A stretch of DNA of 64,000 nt, from IMG/VR virus record IMGVR_UViG_3300020190_000010, positions 1-64,000 of that record; one strand, 5' to 3'. Below the pieces are notes generated by a model. That model worked only from the letters and a program-made list of their open reading frames with translations. It made no database searches and had not been told where the DNA came from. Source of the stretch: a virus. Position 1 is the first letter of the stretch; the number at the start of each line of letters is the position of its first letter. Positions 27,511 through 36,763 of the stretch are shown piece by piece. Both the position numbers and the translations under genes were made by a program.

Positions 27511-28542
27511 ATGGCATTAACTGATGCTGATAGAGAAGAAATAGAAGCTGAACCAGACATAAATAATTTTGTTGGTGCTTATAGGGCACAACTTTTAGAA
27601 AATGTTGTAATATCCGATGAAGAAGCAGAAGTTGCTTTAACTGATGTTAGAGAAGAAGATTGGTCTGATGATTTAATGAATCGTGAAGCATATAAAACAT
27701 TAACAGCTGAAACAGCAGATACATATAGAGCTGGTTCAAGTAGTGTATCAAAATCACCATGTTTAAGCTCCGATAATACAGGTGGAACTGCAACTTCAGG
27801 TGGTGGAGCCGGTGGAGCAGGAGGCGCTGGTGGAGCCGGTGGAGCAGGAGGCGCTGGTGGAGCCGGTGGAGCAGGAGGCGCTGGTGGAACTGGTAGTCCA
27901 CCAGTAGAAGTTCCAATACCAGTTAAAGCTGGAAAAGTGGATTTGGGTAAATTAAAAGGTCATGTTCCACCCAATGCCTTTTCTGGTCTTATTCTTTGTG
28001 TTGAAAAATATAATGTTAATACTAATGTTAGAATGGCACATTTTTTAGGTCAATGTAAAACTGAATGTAGTTTGATAATACCAAGATCGGAAAATACTAA
28101 TTACACAAAACCTGCGTCGTTGATTAAGTTATTTGGTAGTACGAGAGGAAATAGAGCTGCACAATTTATAGGAAATCCTGAAAAAATTGCAAATATAATA
28201 TATGCTAATAAACTAGGAAATGGTTCAGAAGAAACAGGTGACGGTTTCAGATTTAGAGGCAAAGGGTGGATTCAATTAACAGGCAAATCCAATTACAAAT
28301 CGTTTGCTAATTCAATGAACAGACAAGACATATTGACAAATTCAGATTTGGTTGCAGGTGAATTGTCTCCTGCATCAGCTGGACATTATTGTTCAAGTCG
28401 AGGTACATTAAAAAAAGCTGATGCTGGTTTTTCTTCTGCAAATTGTAAAGCAGTTTCATTAACTGTAAATTCAGTTCCTGTTCACCAAGATAAAAGAGAA
28501 AAATTTACATTAGAGTTTGCAAAAATTTTAGGTGCAATATAA
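27511..28542 (+). CDS. GH19 lysozyme/chitinase-like virion hydrolase
   Basis: RMAHFLGQCKTE, ENTNY, GDGFRFRGKGWIQLTGKSNY; start revised to 27511 after GGAG. Confidence 0.85.
   Translation: MALTDADREEIEAEPDINNFVGAYRAQLLENVVISDEEAEVALTDVREEDWSDDLMNREAYKTLTAETADTYRAGSSSVSKSPCLSSDNTGGTATSGGGAGGAGGAGGAGGAGGAGGAGGAGGAGGTGSPPVEVPIPVKAGKVDLGKLKGHVPPNAFSGLILCVEKYNVNTNVRMAHFLGQCKTECSLIIPRSENTNYTKPASLIKLFGSTRGNRAAQFIGNPEKIANIIYANKLGNGSEETGDGFRFRGKGWIQLTGKSNYKSFANSMNRQDILTNSDLVAGELSPASAGHYCSSRGTLKKADAGFSSANCKAVSLTVNSVPVHQDKREKFTLEFAKILGAI
27802..27888 (+). repeat. 27-bp tandem repeat x3 encoding a (GGA)n linker
   Basis: GGTGGAGCCGGTGGAGCAGGAGGCGCT repeated. Confidence 0.9.
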
Positions 28543-28582
28543 CACAAAAATCTATTTATATTAAATAGTAAAGGAGAAATAA

Positions 28583-31500
28583 TTGGCAGCGCCCAAAGAA
28601 CCAAGAATAGATAAAAATTTTGAATACGGTTCGTTCAAATCATCTATAAAAGATTTGAATGCTCCACTTATTTTTTTAGTAGGTGGTGTGGGTGTTCCAA
28701 CAAATCCAAAAACACCTGTTGTTTTTCCAGGAGAATATATGTGGGGAACAAATAATAGTAGTGCAGGTGGGTATAGTAAAGGTTTTAGTAGATGTGCAGA
28801 TTTTAATGTTTACAATTTAACAAAAGTTGCAATTGTAAGTGGTAAATCACAAAAAAAAGTTGATGGTAATGGTATAAAAAGAGGAACTGCGGAATGTAAA
28901 AAAATTCTATCGGATAATGGCATATCTCCAACCAAACACATTATTGTTGCATTTTCAAAAGGTTGTGAGGCATATCAAATAGCAATTGACGAATTTGGCG
29001 GTGGTTATGAAAAATGGGATTTAATTTTAATAGGTGGTGTTTATTCTAGACAAGGTGATCCAGGAAGAGATACAATTTTACAATCAGTTGATAGAATTGC
29101 TAGCCATCTTGTAAAATATCCAGATAAAGTATATTATTTTTCTTCCGGTGAAGATGGAACTGGAGTTCCTGCAACTAAAAAATTAAAAGATGCTGCAAAA
29201 AGTGGTCATTTTATAGACAAACCATTTGGTGCAACTTCACATTCTGGTCTTCCAAATGCTATGGCAAGTTATATTTTGAATAATGTTCCGGTAAATAATA
29301 CCGCACAATCATCAAACCCACCTACTAATCCTGGTGAAACAACAGGAACTTCTGGAACAACAGGAACATCTGGAACAACAGGAACATCTGGAACAAACGG
29401 CACACAGGGTGTAAATGATGGCGGTGGCGGAGGACAAGACGGTGGAACACCAGATGACACATCAGGTCAACCAGTAACATCTGGAAATGATTGTGGTGAT
29501 TTAACAAAATTAGATGCAAAGGCGAAGGCAAATGAAAGTCCACAAGGTGCTGATGGTGTTGATAAAGATCCACTACCACCTTCAAAAAATGATGCTCCTG
29601 TTAGTGCAGATGGTAAGTATAACCATAGGTTTTATTTAGTTCCATTAAAAGATAATCAACCAATGTCACTTGCAGATATGGTTAAAAAAGAAAATAAATA
29701 TCACAAAAGATATTGGGGATGGCGACCAGATGAAGGTCCAGGATTTGGATATAAAGAAAATGAAAATGTTGTTACATCACCAACAGGAACAAGTTTAATT
29801 GCTGGATTGATACCATACTGGCCACCTCCAGAAATGACTGGATCAGCATCACCAACCGATGGATCTCGTGAAAAAAATCCAACAATACTTGGAAAATGGA
29901 AAAATTTAATAGAAGGCCAAAAAAGTATTGAATCTTTTTTGGACATACCAATACTTTTGAATGTATACGATGTTGGTGTCTATAATAATAATATAGAATA
30001 TATTTTTGAAGCTGGTAATGAATTACATATGACAATAGTAGATGGATCTATAATTACAAATGGAAAAAGTCAAATAGGAATAGGTAAATCTGCAAATACT
30101 AATGTAATTGAGAAAAAAAATTTAGATTCATCATGGCGAAATTGGCCAAAATGGTCTGGTATTTGGGTTAATCATTGTCTTAAACATTCTGGATATGCAT
30201 TACTATCAACAAGTATAGAGGGAAACATAAATAATTACCACGAAGAAATACTAAAAAAAGAAAAATTGATAAATTATCCTGGAAATAAACAGTGGAAATG
30301 GAAAGACTTGAAATCGGCAGGAACACAAGATAATGTTTTCAAACCAAGTAAAATTTGGTTAGATCCTGCTAACTTAAATTCAGAAGAATTGATTAAAGAT
30401 TCCGGTAATATTGCTATTTTTATTCCAGATTTTCATTTTACAAAAGATGGTGGAATTACACCAAAAGGTGAAAAACTATTAAAACAACTAATAAAATTAA
30501 ATTGGAAAATAGGTGTAATTTCAGCAGTAAAGCATCATACTGTTCAAAATAGTCAGTTATATGCTGAAGTATTGATATTTCTTGATGAATTTGGTAGAAT
30601 GGTAACTATTGGAGGAAACACAACACCAAAAGGTGCAGATTCATCTGCATCATCAGGACATCATATTGCAATAAAAGAAACAAATTTTAAGGAATTTACT
30701 CAAATTGCAAATGATGCATGGGTTCATGGAGCAGTATTTATATCTAATGTAAAATCTGCACCAGATGGACATAGAGAGGGTGGATTGGATTCAAAAATTT
30801 ACGTTAGTTCTATCTATAAGGATTATTATGAGAGAATAGACAAAGAACCTGGAAAATTAACAGGAAGAATGTATAATACTCTTGTTCCATATATTTCAAA
30901 AAAACCAGCTGCACCTGCTCCGGATCCAATACCAAATGGAGAAAGTATTGGTGATAAAATTGCTGCAAGCCATAACCAACCTGCACAAACTGGTGCAGGT
31001 GGAGGGGATGGTAAAACTGTTTTGGGTGATCCAAAAGATGCATTAGCAAGAGGTATTTTAACAGCAATTCCTCCAAAATATAGAAGAAATACTGGTGATA
31101 ATTACTTAGCAACACCTGCTGTAGCTGCAGTGATTAGAATGTTTGAAGCCGGATTTGCTTCAGGACTTTTGCCGACTCCTACTCCAGGTGCAGATGTAAA
31201 AGGAAATCTTGGAGGCAAATTATTGATGATAAGTGATTCATTTAGAACTCAGCAAGGACAAGTTGATGTTTGGAGACCCTATGCTGGTAGTTATGTAACA
31301 CCCGGCGGAAGATTTAATTCAATAAATGGTGACACTTCGTTAGTAGCTCCACCTATGGGCAAACATAATCTGAAAGGTGAAAAAGCTGGTGGACCACACC
31401 AACAAGGGAGAGCGATAGATACAAGAGGCAAAACAGGAAGTGGAGCGGGAACGAAAAACCTAGAAGCAATAGAGAGATACCATCAAGCAAATGCTACTAC

Positions 31501-31633
31501 GGCACAATTATGGATTCGTAAAAATGGTATGCAATTTGGTTGGTATCCATATTGGAATGAAGTTTGGCATTTTTCATATAAAACAGATACTAGAAAACCT
31601 GGAAACTACCCTAAACTTTGGGATGGAAGATAA
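28583..31633 (+). CDS. multidomain hydrolase: alpha/beta-hydrolase-like, CHAP-like and M15 (VanY) peptidase
   Basis: IIVAFSKG; WSGIWVNHCL..TIGGNT; SFRT, GPHQQGRAID, NEVWHF. Confidence 0.75.
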   Translation: MAAPKEPRIDKNFEYGSFKSSIKDLNAPLIFLVGGVGVPTNPKTPVVFPGEYMWGTNNSSAGGYSKGFSRCADFNVYNLTKVAIVSGKSQKKVDGNGIKRGTAECKKILSDNGISPTKHIIVAFSKGCEAYQIAIDEFGGGYEKWDLILIGGVYSRQGDPGRDTILQSVDRIASHLVKYPDKVYYFSSGEDGTGVPATKKLKDAAKSGHFIDKPFGATSHSGLPNAMASYILNNVPVNNTAQSSNPPTNPGETTGTSGTTGTSGTTGTSGTNGTQGVNDGGGGGQDGGTPDDTSGQPVTSGNDCGDLTKLDAKAKANESPQGADGVDKDPLPPSKNDAPVSADGKYNHRFYLVPLKDNQPMSLADMVKKENKYHKRYWGWRPDEGPGFGYKENENVVTSPTGTSLIAGLIPYWPPPEMTGSASPTDGSREKNPTILGKWKNLIEGQKSIESFLDIPILLNVYDVGVYNNNIEYIFEAGNELHMTIVDGSIITNGKSQIGIGKSANTNVIEKKNLDSSWRNWPKWSGIWVNHCLKHSGYALLSTSIEGNINNYHEEILKKEKLINYPGNKQWKWKDLKSAGTQDNVFKPSKIWLDPANLNSEELIKDSGNIAIFIPDFHFTKDGGITPKGEKLLKQLIKLNWKIGVISAVKHHTVQNSQLYAEVLIFLDEFGRMVTIGGNTTPKGADSSASSGHHIAIKETNFKEFTQIANDAWVHGAVFISNVKSAPDGHREGGLDSKIYVSSIYKDYYERIDKEPGKLTGRMYNTLVPYISKKPAAPAPDPIPNGESIGDKIAASHNQPAQTGAGGGDGKTVLGDPKDALARGILTAIPPKYRRNTGDNYLATPAVAAVIRMFEAGFASGLLPTPTPGADVKGNLGGKLLMISDSFRTQQGQVDVWRPYAGSYVTPGGRFNSINGDTSLVAPPMGKHNLKGEKAGGPHQQGRAIDTRGKTGSGAGTKNLEAIERYHQANATTAQLWIRKNGMQFGWYPYWNEVWHFSYKTDTRKPGNYPKLWDGR

Positions 31634-31679
31634 AATTATTATATTTATTTACATAAACAATTAACAATATAAAGGTGAT

Positions 31680-32102
31680 GTGATGGACAGCAATGGTTTT
31701 TTCAAAAAAATTAGAGAAATAATCCGTGAAGAAATTGAAATTGCTTTGGAAAAAAAGGTGACAAAAAAAGAAGCAAGTAAACCTTCGCAAAAACGTGCAA
31801 TTGAACACGGTATGTCTCTTTATACAGAAGCTCAAAAAACAGTAAAAAAACCAATACAATCAAAAATAAATTTTAATTCTATACAAGATTTATTGGAAGA
31901 AACGCGTAGAACACTAAATGAAAGTGCAGATATGGAAGGTGAATTTATGTTTACTGCCGATATGGCTCAAAATTTTGGACAAAATACTGGTGCAGTTCCA
32001 CAAGGTTATACACCAAATCAAATACCAGACGAAGTAATGTCTGCTTTAACCAAAGATTATTCTGCTCTTATGAAAAAGATAGAAGAAAAAAAAGGGAGAT
32101 GA
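31680..32102 (+). CDS. hypothetical late protein
   Basis: IREIIREEI N-terminus; ALTKDYSALMK; upstream TATATTTAT. Confidence 0.7.
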   Translation: MMDSNGFFKKIREIIREEIEIALEKKVTKKEASKPSQKRAIEHGMSLYTEAQKTVKKPIQSKINFNSIQDLLEETRRTLNESADMEGEFMFTADMAQNFGQNTGAVPQGYTPNQIPDEVMSALTKDYSALMKKIEEKKGR

Positions 32103-32105
32103 TAA

Positions 32106-32600
32106 ATGTCATTTTACCGTAGAAAAAGAGAAATTGTAAATACTGCAGTTCCAAACTTAAAATATGCAAGACCAATTGGTATAACTATACCGTTTAACAA
32201 TCCAAATGGTGTATTTTTTCAAAGTTTTACTAATGTAAAACAAGTTCTTTCAAATCTTAAAAATTTGTTATTGACTGCTCGTGGTGAACGATATATGTTG
32301 CCAACATTTGGAACAGATATTAGAACTATACTATTTGAAAACATTACAAATGAAGAAGATTTTTTCAATAGAATAAACGGTGAAATTGAAAGTGCAATTC
32401 AAGAATGGATGCCATATCTTGTAATACAAGAATTGGAAACAATAATACCAAGTGAACAAGATTATATTGTTGAAAAAGACCATTCAGTTGAAATAAAATT
32501 AACTGTAAAAATAGGTGGAACAAACATATATTTGCCAATTCAGATATTTATTGATGACACAGGCAATTTAGAAATTAAAGAGTCAATAATAAATAAATAA
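32106..32600 (+). CDS. baseplate wedge protein (gp25-like)
   Basis: NLKNLLLTARGERYMLPTFGTDI..LFE..IQEWMPYL. Confidence 0.9.
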   Translation: MSFYRRKREIVNTAVPNLKYARPIGITIPFNNPNGVFFQSFTNVKQVLSNLKNLLLTARGERYMLPTFGTDIRTILFENITNEEDFFNRINGEIESAIQEWMPYLVIQELETIIPSEQDYIVEKDHSVEIKLTVKIGGTNIYLPIQIFIDDTGNLEIKESIINK

Positions 32601-32614
32601 AGAGGCGGTTACAA

Positions 32615-34510
32615 ATGGCTGATTTGGTAAAAAAAGACATTCGTTATTTATCAAGAGATTTTTCTTCTCTTAAACAAAATCTTATTGATTTTGCTAAAAA
32701 TTACTTTCCAAATACATACCAAGATTTTAATGAAACATCTCCGGGTATGATGTTTTTGGAAATGGCCGCTTATGTTGGTGATGTATTATCGTATTACACC
32801 GATGTTACATTACAAGAATCAATGATATTACATTCTAGTGAAAGAACAAATATATTAAATTTGGCACAATCATTGGGATATAAACCAAAAAATAGAATTG
32901 CATCAAATGTTGTATTGGATATATTTCAAATAGTTCCTGCAAAAACAGTTGATGGTGAAATTGTACCAGATTATGCGTATGCATTTGCAATAGAACCGGG
33001 TATGGTTGTTGGAACAACCGGCGGTGGATTTAATACTATTGAGTTTAGAACAGTTGATTTTGTTGATTTTAAGTTTAGTAGTCCTAATGATCCAACCGAA
33101 GTAACTCCTTTTGAAGTAAATGGAAGTGGTGAAGTTTTATTTTGGTTATTAAAAAAATCAGTTAAAGCTGTTTCGGGAACAATAAAAACAGTAGATTACG
33201 AATTTACAGATCCAAAACCCTATGATAAAATTGTTTTACAAGATTTGGATATGATTGAAGTTTTATATGCAATTGACTCGGATGGAAACGTATGGCATCA
33301 TGTTCCATATTTAGCACAAGATACTATTTTTGATTCCGTTATTAACGTTTCAAGAAATGATAAAACCCTATCACAACACAGAACAGAAACACCTTATTTA
33401 TTAAAACTTAAAAAAGTTGCTAGAAGATTTACAACAAGAACTGTTGATTTGGGATCATATGAAATACAATTCGGTGCAGGTGTTGCTGATTTAGATGATG
33501 AAGTTCTTATTCCAAATCCAGATTTAGTTGGTTCATCATTAACTGGTTTAGAAGCAAATACTTCAATTGATATTGATCCTTCAAATTTTCTCTATACAAA
33601 AACATATGGTCTTGCTCCAAACAATACAACACTAACTATTCATTATACTATTGGAAAAGGTATTGATGATAATGTTCAAAGTGATGTTTTAACAAGAGTA
33701 ATTAGCAGAAATATATTACTTGATGAAACTGGATTAGATAATGTTTTATACAACCAAGTGGTATCGAGTCTTGCGGTAACAAATTCTGTACCAGCTACTG
33801 GTGGAAAAACAGCAGAAGGAATAAACGAAATTCGTCAAAATGCACTTGCTTCTTTTGCTGCTCAAAATCGTGCTGTTACAAAAGAAGATTACATAATTCG
33901 TGCATATAGTTTGCCTTCAAAATATGGTTCTATCGCTAAAGCATATATTACAAAAGATACACAGTTAATATCCGAAGCAATTTTTAATAGTGAACGGGTA
34001 CAAAATGATTTAGCATTAAATTTTTATGTTTTAGGGTATGATGCTAACAAACAATTAACTACTGTAAATAATGCAACAAAAGAAAATCTAAAAACATATC
34101 TAAATCATTATAGAATGCTTACGGATGCAATTAACATTCGTGACGCTTACATAATAAACATCGGTATTGAATTTGATATAATCATATTTCCTGATCAAAA
34201 TTCAAACCAAGTTGTTCTTCGTTGTATAAACAAATTAAAACAATACTTTAATACAAAAAAATGGCAGATAAACCAACCAATTATTATCAGTAATGTTTAT
34301 ACGGAACTTGATAAAGTAGAAGGTGTCCAAACTGTTGTTGATGTAAAAATAAATAATTTATACGATCAAACATTAGGATATTCTTCTAATGCTTACAATA
34401 TACCACAAGCAACAAAAGATGGAATTATATTTCCGTCACTTGATCCATCTATTTTTGAAATAAAATATCCCGATAATGATATTATTGGTAGAGTGAGGGC
34501 ATTTGGATGA
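32615..34510 (+). CDS. baseplate wedge protein (gp6/J-like)
   Basis: RDFSSLKQNL, DFNETSPGMMFLE, LAQSLGYKP, IQFGAG, AQNRAVTKEDY. Confidence 0.9.
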   Translation: MADLVKKDIRYLSRDFSSLKQNLIDFAKNYFPNTYQDFNETSPGMMFLEMAAYVGDVLSYYTDVTLQESMILHSSERTNILNLAQSLGYKPKNRIASNVVLDIFQIVPAKTVDGEIVPDYAYAFAIEPGMVVGTTGGGFNTIEFRTVDFVDFKFSSPNDPTEVTPFEVNGSGEVLFWLLKKSVKAVSGTIKTVDYEFTDPKPYDKIVLQDLDMIEVLYAIDSDGNVWHHVPYLAQDTIFDSVINVSRNDKTLSQHRTETPYLLKLKKVARRFTTRTVDLGSYEIQFGAGVADLDDEVLIPNPDLVGSSLTGLEANTSIDIDPSNFLYTKTYGLAPNNTTLTIHYTIGKGIDDNVQSDVLTRVISRNILLDETGLDNVLYNQVVSSLAVTNSVPATGGKTAEGINEIRQNALASFAAQNRAVTKEDYIIRAYSLPSKYGSIAKAYITKDTQLISEAIFNSERVQNDLALNFYVLGYDANKQLTTVNNATKENLKTYLNHYRMLTDAINIRDAYIINIGIEFDIIIFPDQNSNQVVLRCINKLKQYFNTKKWQINQPIIISNVYTELDKVEGVQTVVDVKINNLYDQTLGYSSNAYNIPQATKDGIIFPSLDPSIFEIKYPDNDIIGRVRAFG

Positions 34511-35676
34511 TATATTCGATATATGCTGAAAAAGATGCAACAATTTATGAAAAAACCGAATCAAAAAATTCAGGTCTTGATTCATTATTAGAATTATCCC
34601 ATGAATTAGTTGGAACTGCATCCAAATACAATAGTAGAATACTAATAAAATTTGATATTAGTGAAATTGAAGAAAAAATAAATGCAGGTAAAATATCAAA
34701 TAATGCAAAATACTATTTATCATTGAGAACAGCAGATGTAAGAGAAATACCACAAGAATATGATGTTTATGCATATCCCGTAAGTTCTTCATGGACAAAT
34801 GGAACTGGTAGATTTTTTAATAATCCATTTTCAACAGACGGTGTTTCTTGGAAATATAGAACTTCAAAAACTGTTGGAACAGAATGGGATGTACCGCCTG
34901 CAACATCCTCATTGGAATGGGATAGTATTTCACAAACATGGGTTGATGCTGCCATATTATTTGGTTCAAATTTATCTGCAAATGTTACGTCATCATATTT
35001 CTCAAAAGAAGGTGGAGGAACATGGTGGGATTATGATAATATTGAATGCACACAATCATTTTCTTTTCAGACAAGTGATTTGTATATGGATGTTACACAG
35101 ATAGTAAAAAAATGGGTTACTGGTTCTGGTAGATTTGAAAATGATGGTTTTATACTTAAATTTAGTAATGATATTGAAAGTTCATTAGATACATTAAACA
35201 GTTTGAAATTTTTTGGAACAGATAGTAATACAATATATGTTCCAAGATTGCATGTTATTTGGAATGATTCTGTTTTTATTACTGGAAGTTTGAGTCCAAT
35301 AACTGATAGTAATATGAATATAAATTTGAAATTAAAAAAGTTTTATTCACAAGATGAAAAAGCAAAAGTAAAAATTTATGCAAATACAAAATATCCACAA
35401 AAAAATTATACAACTCAATCGTATCATACTGTAAATTATTATCTACCATCATCATCTTATTATGAAATTAGAGATGCACATACGGATGAAATAATACTAC
35501 CATTTAATTACACTGGTTCAAAAATTAGTTGTGATGGAACAAGTAGTTACTTTAATGTTTGGATGAATGCATTTCAACCAGAAAGATTTTATCGTATAGT
35601 TTTGAAAGTAGAAACAGATGGTGGTGATAATGTCCAAATTTTTGATAACAATTATTACTTTAAGGTTACACGATAA
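34507..35676 (+). CDS. virion structural protein (DNRLRE-like N-terminus)
   Basis: KDATIYE..NSGLD, SRILIKFD, WTNGTG, PRLHVIW. Confidence 0.65.
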   Translation: MIYSIYAEKDATIYEKTESKNSGLDSLLELSHELVGTASKYNSRILIKFDISEIEEKINAGKISNNAKYYLSLRTADVREIPQEYDVYAYPVSSSWTNGTGRFFNNPFSTDGVSWKYRTSKTVGTEWDVPPATSSLEWDSISQTWVDAAILFGSNLSANVTSSYFSKEGGGTWWDYDNIECTQSFSFQTSDLYMDVTQIVKKWVTGSGRFENDGFILKFSNDIESSLDTLNSLKFFGTDSNTIYVPRLHVIWNDSVFITGSLSPITDSNMNINLKLKKFYSQDEKAKVKIYANTKYPQKNYTTQSYHTVNYYLPSSSYYEIRDAHTDEIILPFNYTGSKISCDGTSSYFNVWMNAFQPERFYRIVLKVETDGGDNVQIFDNNYYFKVTR

Positions 35677-35678
35677 CT

Positions 35679-36749
35679 ATGTATTCATCACCTACTCCAC
35701 CGCCGCCTCCTGTTGTTCCACCGGCTCCACCAGCGCCTCCTGGTGTTCCACCGGCTCCACCAGCGCCACCACCTCCTTTCCTTACTCCAGGTGGTAGACT
35801 CGGTAGTGATATGATAAATATGCTAAAAAGAGATCAGTTAAATGGCCGTATAATAAGTTATGTTCCACAAAGTGAAATTCAAAACTTTGGATCTATAGAA
35901 GTTGCTGTTCTTGACGGTAGATATGTTCGTAGTGATTTTACACGAATAATAGATACAAAATTTAAGTCATTACCAGACGCAATTAGCGCTGAACAAAGTG
36001 TATTTAATAAAATATCAAGTATACAAAACAGAGCTTTATTACCAGGTGAATTTGAAAAAATAACAGGAAAACCATTACCAGCTGGATTAAATGATCAACA
36101 AATTCGTGAATTGGCAAAAAAAGAATTTTTAACAAAAGTAAATAACTTAACAAATGCAGGTGATAATACAATAGGTGGTTTGCAAGTTAGAATTTCCGAA
36201 CTTGAATCTGAAAACGCTAGAAAAGACTCTATTATTAGTGATCAATTACAAACCATTTCTAATTTTGATGATGTTCTTTCATCCGTTAGTGCAGAGAGGG
36301 CAAATGCTTTAACAACTGCAGAAAAACAAAGAGAAGCAAAAGTTTCACTACAACAACAGGCAGATGAAACACTTTTCAGAACCGAATTGGAAGTTATTAA
36401 ACAAAGAGAAGAATCTGCAAAAGCTGCTGAAGAATTAAAAGAAGCATTACTTGATGTTGCAGACCAAAGAGACGAAATCACTAATATTCAATCCGATGTT
36501 GCAACTACACAGGCGGTTGTTACTGGTCTAGCAAGTGATGTAAAAGATATAAGTGTTGATAATACAAGACAAGATGGAGAAATTAGAGATGCACAAGATA
36601 CAGCAGATGATGCGATTGATCAATCAAATTCTGCTAGAAATGATGCTAATGCTTCAACCTTCAAAATAAATGAGGCAAATAGAAAGGCGGCATCTGTATT
36701 GTCTACTGATACTGCTGAACAGGCAATTGATAAGATATTCCCAATTTAA
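35679..36749 (+). CDS. coiled-coil structural protein with Pro-rich N-terminus
   Basis: 30-bp tandem repeat at 35706-35765 encodes PP(V/G)VPPAPPA x2; long heptads; an alternative start at 35811 is possible. Confidence 0.65.
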   Translation: MYSSPTPPPPPVVPPAPPAPPGVPPAPPAPPPPFLTPGGRLGSDMINMLKRDQLNGRIISYVPQSEIQNFGSIEVAVLDGRYVRSDFTRIIDTKFKSLPDAISAEQSVFNKISSIQNRALLPGEFEKITGKPLPAGLNDQQIRELAKKEFLTKVNNLTNAGDNTIGGLQVRISELESENARKDSIISDQLQTISNFDDVLSSVSAERANALTTAEKQREAKVSLQQQADETLFRTELEVIKQREESAKAAEELKEALLDVADQRDEITNIQSDVATTQAVVTGLASDVKDISVDNTRQDGEIRDAQDTADDAIDQSNSARNDANASTFKINEANRKAASVLSTDTAEQAIDKIFPI

Positions 36750-36763
36750 CAACGGATGGTTTA

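Noticed and set aside
24892-29418. Diversity-generating retroelement template/variable repeat pair
   Set aside because: No reverse transcriptase in the window; only two differences, both synonymous, in a low-complexity linker rather than a C-terminal variable region
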